Of a DNA stretch of 54,370 bases, positions 26,499-35,721 are shown in pieces. The DNA lies in IMG/VR virus record IMGVR_UViG_3300020421_000026, positions 1 to 54,370 of that record. The stretch is one strand, 5' to 3'. The DNA is from a virus. Lineage: Duplodnaviria > Caudoviricetes. The translations under genes were made by a program, and so were the position numbers. Each line of letters starts with the position of its first letter. Position 1 is the first letter of the stretch. The notes beneath the pieces were generated by a model, which did not search any database, was not told the DNA's origin, and was given only the letters and a program-made list of their open reading frames with translations.

Positions 26499-27817
26499 TA
26501 TGTTTCTTTTATTGTTGGTATCAAGTGGTCTAATTTGTGTATATCGAAACGTATATTTTCCCATTTTGTATAATGTGTTTCTCTTAAAGCCGCATACTCT
26601 GGAAATGTTTTAAAAAAATTATCTTTACGCATTCTGTCTAGTTTTTCTGTGTATGTTAAAAACTTAGGCAACAATGCTGAATAATCTTCTTTTAAAAGTT
26701 TTTTTGCACCTGCTATTTGTTCTGCGAGTCTGTGAAGGTCATTTTGTACACAATAAGTATGGAACTCATTCCATTTTCTCAAAACTTCTAGTTTTACACT
26801 TGGAGGCAAAACACTACATCTATAATGCTCTGGTGCATGGCAATAGTTTATAGTAAATTCTTCTGGGCCAATTTTAAGTTCATTTACACATTCAAAATAG
26901 AAGTCTGGCATGTGCCATGCATTAAAAACTGTTAAACTAAATTGTATTCCCAATTTCAAATGTGGAACATGCTTTTGCATATATTTTATATTGTTTTTTA
27001 AAACTTGGTAGTCTAAACCTTTTCTAATGTACTCACCTCTTTCATAACTGCCATCTACACTTAACATAAAACTTACTTGTGGGAAATGTTTTACAATGTC
27101 TGCTATATGTTGGTCTTTGTATGTAAGTCTAGAACCATTTGTGTTATATAAAAGACTAATTTTTTTCTCATGTCCTTCTTCTAATATTTTATTCATTGTA
27201 ACCCAATGCTCATCTGTAAGCATAGGTTCTCCACCTGCCCAGTAAATATGTTCTATATGTGGTAACATTTTGTCTATTAGTGTATCAAAATTATCAGTAA
27301 GTTTTTTAATTTGTATAACTTTTGTATCAGGTTGGCTTTCACTGGTTTCACTTAGTTCAACTGCATCTTCAAACCATTCACTGCTCAGTTCATGATGACA
27401 CATTCTACATTTAAAGTTACATAAATTGCTAACTCTAAAGTCCATATACTTAATGTGAAACTCGTTTAAATGTCCATCCTCTTTTGTATTTTTAACTAAT
27501 TCTTTACATTCGTTTATAGAATCTTTATTTTCTGGTAACTGTGGATTATACCAACGACTATTGCTGTTCAGTCTTAGACTTTCACTATTAAACCTTTCTT
27601 GTTCTGTACAAGTTTTACACTCTGGATTTAGAACATCATTTAACATATTGCGTCTAATTCGCTTGTAATTTTCGTTATTCCATATTTCTTCTGGTGTGCT
27701 ATCATTCAAATTTCCCATGACACCGCCCACACAACATAGTTGACAACTGCCGTTAGGTGTTGGGTGCATGTGTATCCAAGGCAGGATACAAAATGACTTA
27801 TTAGCATATTTGGACAT
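26498..27817 (-). CDS. Radical SAM protein with N-terminal twitch/SPASM-like Cys cluster
   Basis: FCILPW...G..QLCC...C..C N-terminus, NLCNFKCRMC, AGGEP, YNTNG, SVDG. Confidence 0.88.
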   Translation of the reverse strand: MSKYANKSFCILPWIHMHPTPNGSCQLCCVGGVMGNLNDSTPEEIWNNENYKRIRRNMLNDVLNPECKTCTEQERFNSESLRLNSNSRWYNPQLPENKDSINECKELVKNTKEDGHLNEFHIKYMDFRVSNLCNFKCRMCHHELSSEWFEDAVELSETSESQPDTKVIQIKKLTDNFDTLIDKMLPHIEHIYWAGGEPMLTDEHWVTMNKILEEGHEKKISLLYNTNGSRLTYKDQHIADIVKHFPQVSFMLSVDGSYERGEYIRKGLDYQVLKNNIKYMQKHVPHLKLGIQFSLTVFNAWHMPDFYFECVNELKIGPEEFTINYCHAPEHYRCSVLPPSVKLEVLRKWNEFHTYCVQNDLHRLAEQIAGAKKLLKEDYSALLPKFLTYTEKLDRMRKDNFFKTFPEYAALRETHYTKWENIRFDIHKLDHLIPTIKET

Positions 27818-27822
27818 GCATA

Positions 27823-27866
27823 TATTTATCAGTACCCTGAACCGTTATTCCACAAAGTGATAAATA
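27823..27866. promoter_or_regulatory. Divergent late-promoter pair
   Basis: GATAAATA on minus (27823-27830) and on plus (27859-27866), 5 and 7 nt from ATGs. Confidence 0.72.
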
Positions 27867-27873
27867 CTACATT

Positions 27874-28902
27874 ATGCCAAGAATACAACTGTGGAACAAA
27901 TTTAAAACCAATGACTATGACTTCATAGACAGAGCAACTGCCGAATTTATTAATGCAGGTGGTACTGGTGTGTTTGTACACAAATATATTGGAACATATC
28001 AAGATGATACTAGTGCTAGTATAGGTTCAGACGAACTTTATATACAAGATGTACTGTTTTTAGAAAACAGAGATAGGAAGTATGATACTGATATTTACGA
28101 ATTAAGAGGTGCATATACACCTGCAGATCCAGATTTTGATTTAACACAATTTGGTTTATTTGTAAACAATGATAATATTTTTATGACTTTCCACATGAAT
28201 ACATGTGCAAGTTTACTTGGCAGACGTTTAATGGCAGGTGATGTTATAGAATTACCACATTTAAGAGACGATTTGTTATTAGGTGGCGGTGATGCTGTTA
28301 ATAGATTCTTTGTTGTAAGTGACTCAGGCAGACCAGCAGAAGGATATGATCCTAGATGGTGGCCTCACTTGTGGAGAGTTAAACTAACAAACATTACAGA
28401 TAGTCCAGAATACAGAGATATATTAGGCACAGGCGATACTGCAACTGACCTTAGAAACACATTGAGTACTTACAGTACTGAACTTGCTGTTTCCGATAAG
28501 GTAATGGAATTAGCAAATGCTGATGTGAAATATGATACAGGTTACTTTGAAGGTGGTCATTTATACATAGATGAAAACAGTCAAGACAAACCAGGTGTAC
28601 ATTTTTCAGGAGACGGTACTCCTCCAAATGGTATAAGTATTGTTGGCAGTGGTACAAGTTTCCCTGCAAGTTGTGAAAACGGAGATTATTTCTTGAGAAC
28701 AGATTTTGAACCCAATAGATTATTTAAGAAAAATGGATCTAGATGGAGTAAAGTAAGTGACGATACCACTAGAAAATGGTCAGCCGCAAATAAACTGCTT
28801 ACAACATTTGTCAATAATAGTAACATAACTACAAATAGTGATGGTACTACACAGGCAGAAAAAACTAATTTAAGTAAAGCGGTTAAACCAAAGGCAGATT
28901 AA
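27874..28902 (+). CDS. Neck/head-closure protein (gp14-like)
   Basis: Directly upstream of the gp15-like gene. DLTQFGL, GDVIELPH and a late motif are consistent. Assignment is by position plus weak motif. Confidence 0.6.
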   Translation: MPRIQLWNKFKTNDYDFIDRATAEFINAGGTGVFVHKYIGTYQDDTSASIGSDELYIQDVLFLENRDRKYDTDIYELRGAYTPADPDFDLTQFGLFVNNDNIFMTFHMNTCASLLGRRLMAGDVIELPHLRDDLLLGGGDAVNRFFVVSDSGRPAEGYDPRWWPHLWRVKLTNITDSPEYRDILGTGDTATDLRNTLSTYSTELAVSDKVMELANADVKYDTGYFEGGHLYIDENSQDKPGVHFSGDGTPPNGISIVGSGTSFPASCENGDYFLRTDFEPNRLFKKNGSRWSKVSDDTTRKWSAANKLLTTFVNNSNITTNSDGTTQAEKTNLSKAVKPKAD

Positions 28903-28903
28903 T

Positions 28904-30319
28904 ATGAGTACAAATTTAGATTATTGGTATGACGCACAGATAAGACGGTACCTTACACAATTTATGCGTATTTTCAGTGGCTTTAAAGTCAGCGAAGGTG
29001 TGCGTGATGGTGCTCAACACTATAATAGAGTACCAGTAAGATATGCTGACATGCAACGAATGGTAGCTCATATACTTAAGAAAGGTAGTGAGAACATGGT
29101 AAACAGCACACCTTTTATTGCTTGTAGTATTAACAGTTTACTAATTGCTAGAGATAGAGTACATGAACCTATGCTAGTAGATAAAGTGCAAATAGCAGAA
29201 AGACAATTTGATTCTACTGCTAATGCATACGCATCAAGTGGTAATGCAACTAGTAGACCAGGTAACTTATACAGCACAGATAGATACATGCCTGTTCCTT
29301 ATAACTTAACTATGCAAGTAGATATATGGAGCGGAAATACAGACCAAAAGTTACAACTGTTAGAACAAATTTTAATTCTGTTCAATCCAAGTATTCAATT
29401 ACAACAAAACACTAATCCGCTAGATTGGACTAGTGTATTTGAAGTAGAACTTACAGATATGCAATGGAGTAATAGAAGTATTCCAGCAGGTGTTGATGAA
29501 ACTATAGACGTTTCAACATTAACATTTACTTTGCCTATTTGGTTAAGTCCTCCTGCAAAAGTTAAAAGACAAAAAATTATCAATACTATTGTAAACAACA
29601 TTTATGATACAAGTAGCATTAGTAACTTAGGTTACGATGAAGATATTTACGACTTCTTTAGAACATTAGAAGATGACTTTGAAATGCACACTATTGTACC
29701 TAATAATTATGAAGTTAAAATAGAAGGCAATGATGCTGTACTTTATAAAGACGGATCTACGTTAGCAAATTGGAATGATTTACTAGAAATACTTTCACCC
29801 CAAGGTAGTCAAGGCAGTTTAGCAAATTCAAGTATTCAAATAGATGATATTCCTTTAACAACAGGAAGTACCTTACAACTTAATATTTCAAATGATGTTG
29901 ATGCAACAACTAATTTAATATCAGGGTTTGTAACTAGAAATAGTTTAGAATCTTCTAAATTAGTATTTACTTTAGACTCAGACACATTACCTAGCACTAC
30001 ATTAACAGATGTAACTAGAATTGTTGATGCTAGTGTAAATTATCCAGGCGATGGAGTTTTAGATGCGGCGGCAATAGGACAAAGATATTTGCTTACAGGT
30101 GAAATACAAGGTAACCAGTGGGGCATAAATGCAGACGTCAATGATATTATTGAATATAGTGGAAGTACATGGAGCATAGTATTTGATGCCAGCACAGTCA
30201 CAACAATTCAGTATGCTAAAAACTTATACACAAACAAACAGTACAAATGGGAAAACAATTTATGGACAAGCACTTACGAAGGTCAGTACAATCCAGGGTT
30301 TTGGAGACTCAACATATAA
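28904..30319 (+). CDS. Tail sheath stabiliser/terminator (gp15-like) with a C-terminal extension
   Basis: YWYDAQIRRY...F..IFS, VPVRY, PVPYNL...DIW..NTDQKLQLLEQIL..FNP. Confidence 0.85.
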   Translation: MSTNLDYWYDAQIRRYLTQFMRIFSGFKVSEGVRDGAQHYNRVPVRYADMQRMVAHILKKGSENMVNSTPFIACSINSLLIARDRVHEPMLVDKVQIAERQFDSTANAYASSGNATSRPGNLYSTDRYMPVPYNLTMQVDIWSGNTDQKLQLLEQILILFNPSIQLQQNTNPLDWTSVFEVELTDMQWSNRSIPAGVDETIDVSTLTFTLPIWLSPPAKVKRQKIINTIVNNIYDTSSISNLGYDEDIYDFFRTLEDDFEMHTIVPNNYEVKIEGNDAVLYKDGSTLANWNDLLEILSPQGSQGSLANSSIQIDDIPLTTGSTLQLNISNDVDATTNLISGFVTRNSLESSKLVFTLDSDTLPSTTLTDVTRIVDASVNYPGDGVLDAAAIGQRYLLTGEIQGNQWGINADVNDIIEYSGSTWSIVFDASTVTTIQYAKNLYTNKQYKWENNLWTSTYEGQYNPGFWRLNI

Positions 30320-30792
30320 GTATTTTAGATACAATAAATCCTTTAACTAATCTAAGAAAGCATAAAGGTGTTACTGGTGCAGGTGTATTATTTTTAGCAC
30401 TTGATACAGGGCGATGCTTATTCCAATTAAGAAACAGTGATAAACGTCATAAAAATACATGGGGATTTTGGGGCGGAATGATTGAAGGTAACGAGACACC
30501 TTATGAATGTATTCAACGTGAACTAGATGAGGAAATAGGTTTTGTTCCAGAACTTAAAAAATTAAATCCAATAGACACATATCAAAGCAAAGATAAAAAC
30601 TTTATGTATTACAGTTTTGTTTATGTAATAGATAAAGAATTTATTCCAACACTTAACTCTGAAACTTGTGGTTATGCTTGGGTAAACATAGGCAAATGGC
30701 CCAAACCTTTACATGACGGGGCAAGAAGCACACTAGGAAGAAATAAAGGCGCAGGTAAACTGCACACTATTTTACATATCAATTCTAAATAA
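30247..30792 (+). CDS. NUDIX hydrolase (start uncertain)
   Basis: Nudix box GGMIEGNETPYECIQRELDEEIG. Confidence 0.88.
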   Translation: MGKQFMDKHLRRSVQSRVLETQHISILDTINPLTNLRKHKGVTGAGVLFLALDTGRCLFQLRNSDKRHKNTWGFWGGMIEGNETPYECIQRELDEEIGFVPELKKLNPIDTYQSKDKNFMYYSFVYVIDKEFIPTLNSETCGYAWVNIGKWPKPLHDGARSTLGRNKGAGKLHTILHINSK

Positions 30793-30800
30793 ATAGTAGC

Positions 30801-31430
30801 ATGTCAAAAGATATTATAAATTTTGATGCTATTCGTTTGACAACTGAACTGAACAAATATCAGCGACATAAGGAAATACCTAATAGTTTTTTAGACGGCA
30901 CATTCACAATACTAGATGTAAAAGAAATTTTACCCACACTAAGCAGAAAACACCAAATAATTGCTAATAAACTTATTAAACAATATGATGTAGATGTTAA
31001 ACAAAGTAAAGACGGTTTACTTAAAGTTTTCTTGAACGAATACAGGTCATTTTTAAACAACCAACATACCAGAAATGAACGTTGGGTGTTTCCCAATGTC
31101 ATGAAGAAATATCGTTACAATATAAATCCTGTAAGAGCATTAACATATGATGTTAGGGAAATGGCATATTCATTTAATCCAGACAATGACCATCACATTT
31201 GGTTACAAGAACTAATCACAGATCCAAACTTTTTTCACAGAATTATACAAGATATTATTAAAGATAGGAAAAAAGTTGACAAAATTATTAACTACTATGT
31301 TCCATTGTTCAATACTGCAAACATAAACTTTGAAGAACCTCTAGAAATGAAACATTTACGAACTTTAAGAACAGACTTATTGGAGTATGCAAATTTATTT
31401 ACAGAGTTTAGAAGATTCTACCCAGATTAA
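30801..31430 (+). CDS. Hypothetical protein
   Basis: 209-aa ORF with AATAAATA 5 nt upstream. Confidence 0.7.
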   Translation: MSKDIINFDAIRLTTELNKYQRHKEIPNSFLDGTFTILDVKEILPTLSRKHQIIANKLIKQYDVDVKQSKDGLLKVFLNEYRSFLNNQHTRNERWVFPNVMKKYRYNINPVRALTYDVREMAYSFNPDNDHHIWLQELITDPNFFHRIIQDIIKDRKKVDKIINYYVPLFNTANINFEEPLEMKHLRTLRTDLLEYANLFTEFRRFYPD

Positions 31431-31482
31431 AAGTTATAAACAAATAACTTGAACATAATTTTTTTGCATATAAATATCTTGC

Positions 31483-31716
31483 ATGACACAACCAAAACAT
31501 GTACAAGAATATTACAACAATATAACATATCCTGAATATACCGAAGAAGATAAAAAACGTGGTATGAATAACAAAGACTTAGATTACATGACTGACGGAA
31601 ACAACGGCATGTACTATGCAGTTTTTCTTCCATCGTTAGTGGCAATTGGTATGGGTATTCTACCTTTTATTGTGATGTTTATATTTTTTGAAAAGCCAGA
31701 GTTTTTAAAACCGTAG
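31483..31716 (+). CDS. Small membrane protein
   Basis: 77 aa with a C-terminal hydrophobic segment. TATAAATA lies 6 nt upstream. Confidence 0.6.
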   Translation: MTQPKHVQEYYNNITYPEYTEEDKKRGMNNKDLDYMTDGNNGMYYAVFLPSLVAIGMGILPFIVMFIFFEKPEFLKP

Positions 31717-33597
31717 TTACTTGTACAGTAATCTTTTAGCAGATTCACCATTTATAAGTGGTGCATATATTTTAACTGGTTCTTCTTTGCCTTTTACAGT
31801 TACACTACCCAATTTTTCATAAACAATGCCTGAAGGTTCCTTAAACTGATTTAATGTGAACTCACTAAACAGTATAGGAGTATCTTGTTTTCTAGTTTCT
31901 GCTTCTAATCTTGCACCCAAGTTTACAGCATCTCCAATCACACTATAATCTAATCTGTTTTCACTACCCATGTTTCCTACAATGCATGTTCCTGTGTTTA
32001 TACCTGTGCCAAATTTAACTCTTGGAAGTCCTAATTTTTCCATTTCTTTTTCTAATTCATCACCTAATAACTCAATTTCTATTGCACTCTTTAGAGCCAT
32101 GTCAGCATGATTATCACAAGGTATAGGTGCATTCCAAAAAGCCATAATACAGTCGCCCATGTACTTGTCTATAGTTCCCCCGTTGGCAAGTATAATTTTA
32201 GTCATCTTATCTAAGAAACTATTGATTAAATCTACTAACCCTTCAGGGTCATCTTGTTTCATAAACTTTTCTGATATAGGTGTAAAGCCTACAATGTCTG
32301 CAAATAGGAAACTCATCTCCCTTCTTTCACCACCCAACTTCATAAGACTTGGGTCTTTTACTAACATATTAACGTAATCTGGCGATATATACTTGCTGAA
32401 TTGACCTTTTATTTGCTGTCTTAGTCTGTATTGCTTGTAAAAATTGTTAAATGCACTATGAGTAAACACTAAAAATCCACTCAAAACTGGAAAAGTTGCA
32501 TCAATTAAGACCAGTTTATTGGTATAAAACCACACACTAGCATAGGCTTCTGTACCCAAAATCAGCATGGAAATTGGTGCTGTCCACACTAACGGTAACT
32601 TATAAACAGCAAAACCTATTAAAACCATGCTCATAAAAGCAACTAGAAGCTCTATAAAGGGCGATAACTCATTTCGTGTTATGTTACTACCATCTACAAA
32701 ATTTTGTAGCATATGGCCCTGTATTTGCTGTGGATACATGAGTCCTTTTGGAGTAGGTACAGCATTCTGTATGCCTTCTGCACTAACTCCTACTATAACA
32801 AATTTGCCTTTTAGGTCTGGTAGGCTCTGTATGTCCACATATTCTACTTCTTCAAACGTATTATTAAAACGTATAAAAGCAGTTCCGTTTGATTGTGATA
32901 CTATAGGTTCAAAAGGAGGTACAGCAAACTCTTGTATTCCTATTTCAGATGTTTTTAAGATATAACTGGGTTTTTGTGTATAAGTTCTCAACATCTCAAT
33001 AGCAAAACTAGGATATATTTTACCCTCAACTCCTATTGCTAATGGATATGTTCTAGTAACTAAATCAGGTTGTGGTGCTGATGCAAGTACGCCTATGCCT
33101 TCTGCATGTTCCTCAAGTGCTGGAATGTTTGTTACTAGGTTGGGCCAACTTAACAAAAAGTCCTGTGCTGGTAAAGGGCCTATTGTTCCTGTACCAATGT
33201 GCGGACCTGTACTCTTTACTCCTTTTGTACTTGGGGTCTGGGATAAAATCAGTCCGTTCCCCTTTATCCAACTCGCTAGTACTTCGTCCCCGCCGAACCG
33301 ATCCGCCTCCGGAAACATCACGGTCAATCCAATCATACCACCATTCTTCTGTCTGATATCGTGGATTAGTTGTGCAAAATTCTGTCTGGGCCATGGCCAT
33401 TGTCCCCATTGTTGTAAACTTTTTTCACCTATATTTATAATAACAACTTCGTCACTATTCTTAGGTTCATCTAGATTTTGTAATGCATCAAATGTTTGTA
33501 ATCTTAAACTTTGTAGTGGTGCTGGGTCAAAAACTTTTAATGTTGTTAGTAAACAAATTGTAAAAACGACTGCCCAGCCGCTGTAAAACCATTTCAT
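31717..33597 (-). CDS. CHASE2-domain class III adenylate cyclase
   Basis: N-terminal TM, CHASE2 signature GQWPWPR, three TM helices, then cyclase motifs FADIVGFT, IDKYMGD, YSVIGDAVNLGARLE, VKGK. Confidence 0.93.
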   Translation of the reverse strand: MKWFYSGWAVVFTICLLTTLKVFDPAPLQSLRLQTFDALQNLDEPKNSDEVVIINIGEKSLQQWGQWPWPRQNFAQLIHDIRQKNGGMIGLTVMFPEADRFGGDEVLASWIKGNGLILSQTPSTKGVKSTGPHIGTGTIGPLPAQDFLLSWPNLVTNIPALEEHAEGIGVLASAPQPDLVTRTYPLAIGVEGKIYPSFAIEMLRTYTQKPSYILKTSEIGIQEFAVPPFEPIVSQSNGTAFIRFNNTFEEVEYVDIQSLPDLKGKFVIVGVSAEGIQNAVPTPKGLMYPQQIQGHMLQNFVDGSNITRNELSPFIELLVAFMSMVLIGFAVYKLPLVWTAPISMLILGTEAYASVWFYTNKLVLIDATFPVLSGFLVFTHSAFNNFYKQYRLRQQIKGQFSKYISPDYVNMLVKDPSLMKLGGERREMSFLFADIVGFTPISEKFMKQDDPEGLVDLINSFLDKMTKIILANGGTIDKYMGDCIMAFWNAPIPCDNHADMALKSAIEIELLGDELEKEMEKLGLPRVKFGTGINTGTCIVGNMGSENRLDYSVIGDAVNLGARLEAETRKQDTPILFSEFTLNQFKEPSGIVYEKLGSVTVKGKEEPVKIYAPLINGESAKRLLYK

Positions 33598-33613
33598 GCA
33601 TGTATTTATTATA

Positions 33614-34519
33614 TTAATCTTGAGTTATTGTAATAGAACAGCCACCAGCAGTTTGACAAGTCTGGTTGAGGTTGTAAGATTGTGCTGTACCACTCATTTG
33701 TATTAAGTTTAATGTTGTTGGTTGTGATCCGTATAATGTGATATTGGCAGTATGAGCACCATTACCTTTTTGTACACCACTGATTTGACTACCGTTTTGA
33801 TAACTTTTATAATTTACAGTTTTGTTTCCGTCGTTGATTTGCTTCCACCAAATATCCTGATTGTTACCATATATCCAAATGTTTGCAGTATGGTATCCTG
33901 GATTACTTGTATTACCATTTGTTTGATAACCAGCAATAACATTATTGTCTCCGTGATAGTCTAAAATTGCTTTATGTCCACCGTGTTCTGAACTATCGCC
34001 TGTATCAAAGTCTGTATCATTTATGTTAGTAAGACCAACACCTTGACCCCATCTCATTAGATTGTTGTCTCCCCAAACGTGAAAACCTGCTTCTGTATAT
34101 TGACAACTGCCATCTTCTGTACACTTCTGTTTAATGTAAATATCATTATCAACACCATCTACATCTCCACAGAATGTTGCATTATTACAATTTACTTTAC
34201 CCCATGTGCTAGTAAATCCAGCAAAATTATTTTGTCCTTCTTGAGCAATTTTAACTAGATTACCATCACCTGATACAGAAAATTCAACCTCGTTGTCTTC
34301 TCCTAGTTGTCCAATCCACATAGTTAAATTATCAACATTACCGTATTGTAATCCTAAGTCTAAATCTATGTGTTGGTCTTTTCCTTCTTGGGAAATTGTT
34401 AAATCTAAGTTGTCGCCAACTTGGTCAATATGAACATGATTGTGCCCTTCTCCAGCAAACAAATCAAAACTTGCTGTTGCACAAAAAATTCCTAACAATG
34501 TTGCATATATAAATTTCAT
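33614..34519 (-). CDS. Curlin-repeat secreted protein (CsgA/CsgB-like)
   Basis: Signal peptide and repeated x-I-x-Q-x-G-x-x-N units (IDQVGDN, IGQLGEDN, IAQEGQNN). Cys pairs are present. Confidence 0.72.
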   Translation of the reverse strand: MKFIYATLLGIFCATASFDLFAGEGHNHVHIDQVGDNLDLTISQEGKDQHIDLDLGLQYGNVDNLTMWIGQLGEDNEVEFSVSGDGNLVKIAQEGQNNFAGFTSTWGKVNCNNATFCGDVDGVDNDIYIKQKCTEDGSCQYTEAGFHVWGDNNLMRWGQGVGLTNINDTDFDTGDSSEHGGHKAILDYHGDNNVIAGYQTNGNTSNPGYHTANIWIYGNNQDIWWKQINDGNKTVNYKSYQNGSQISGVQKGNGAHTANITLYGSQPTTLNLIQMSGTAQSYNLNQTCQTAGGCSITITQD

Positions 34520-35721
34520 TAATCCACCTGTATAATTGTGATGAATGTTCCTTCACAATCATTTAAACATATTGTAGCATCTTTTAAATTACTGTCTTCT
34601 ACAAATATTTGGGCACTATTACCTGAGTTTATTCTAACACTAACTGTATTTGTTACTTGTCTAAAAAAGAATAATTTTCCATCTTCTAAGACTGTGTTAA
34701 ATTGTGTTTCAGGGTCAAACCCAATAGCAGTACCTGTAATTTTGTCTGCGGCAATACTGCCTTCAGATTCGCTACCACCTTCTTTTTTCTCTTCTCCTAC
34801 ACTCACTTCTTCTATTGATTCAAGCAAGTCTTGTAAAAAATCAACATCTAGAAAATTTATATCTAGTGTTGTAAATTCTAAATCTTCTGTTGTGTCTGCT
34901 AACACATCTGCTTCAATGGCATTAGCATCTAATCCATCAAAGTCTAAAAGTCCAGCATCACCTTTTGCTTCTTCTTGTTGCTCCTCAACTGCTTCTTTTA
35001 TTTCACTTGGTTCACTTACAATAAACATGTTATCAATCATGTTTAAGTCTAAATCAGCAAGTAAAACAGGATTTGTTGGAGCCTGTTCTAATGTACTAAC
35101 CATAACAGCCTGAAAGGCTTCTGTTAATACTTGCACACCACCGTCATTTGTTATTGTTATACTACCTGACGGTCTGCACCCTTCTTCTAATTTTACTGTA
35201 TCTGTACAACCTGAGTCTGGTAATAATATTACTAGACTTCTTCCTAACTCGTCAACTGTTGTTGTAAAGTCAGTACCCCTAATACCTATTGTGGCTGTAG
35301 GAGTTTGTACAACTATATTTTCTTTAGGTACTAATCCCAATCCGCCTGTGGCAAAACGTGCTGTTCCTTGCACAAAATCTAATGCCATCCTACTCTTACT
35401 TGGATCAGGATCGTACACATACTCATTAATAACCATATATGTGTGTTCAGTTAAACTAACTTGTGTATCATCTATGAATTTTAATTTTAAACGACCATTT
35501 ATCGTTTCAACTTCATCATTGCTTTGTATGTCTGTGTCTAGTTCTGCAATCAATCTTTCACCAGACGTTCTACTAATACTGCCAGGCGAGCCCACTTGCT
35601 CTAATATCCCGCCGATGCTCTCATTGGCACCGGCGGAAATACTGTATGTTGCACTAAACAACAAAAATGCATATAAACAAACTTTAGTCAGTTTGTCTAA
35701 TTGAAACTGAAGCATTTTCAC
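34519..35721 (-). CDS. FecR-domain exported protein
   Basis: Signal/TM, then D.VET..G.L.L.F.DDTQV.L..H, GTARF, QTPTATIGIRGTDF. Acidic C-terminal half. Confidence 0.85.
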   Translation of the reverse strand: MKMLQFQLDKLTKVCLYAFLLFSATYSISAGANESIGGILEQVGSPGSISRTSGERLIAELDTDIQSNDEVETINGRLKLKFIDDTQVSLTEHTYMVINEYVYDPDPSKSRMALDFVQGTARFATGGLGLVPKENIVVQTPTATIGIRGTDFTTTVDELGRSLVILLPDSGCTDTVKLEEGCRPSGSITITNDGGVQVLTEAFQAVMVSTLEQAPTNPVLLADLDLNMIDNMFIVSEPSEIKEAVEEQQEEAKGDAGLLDFDGLDANAIEADVLADTTEDLEFTTLDINFLDVDFLQDLLESIEEVSVGEEKKEGGSESEGSIAADKITGTAIGFDPETQFNTVLEDGKLFFFRQVTNTVSVRINSGNSAQIFVEDSNLKDATICLNDCEGTFITIIQVD

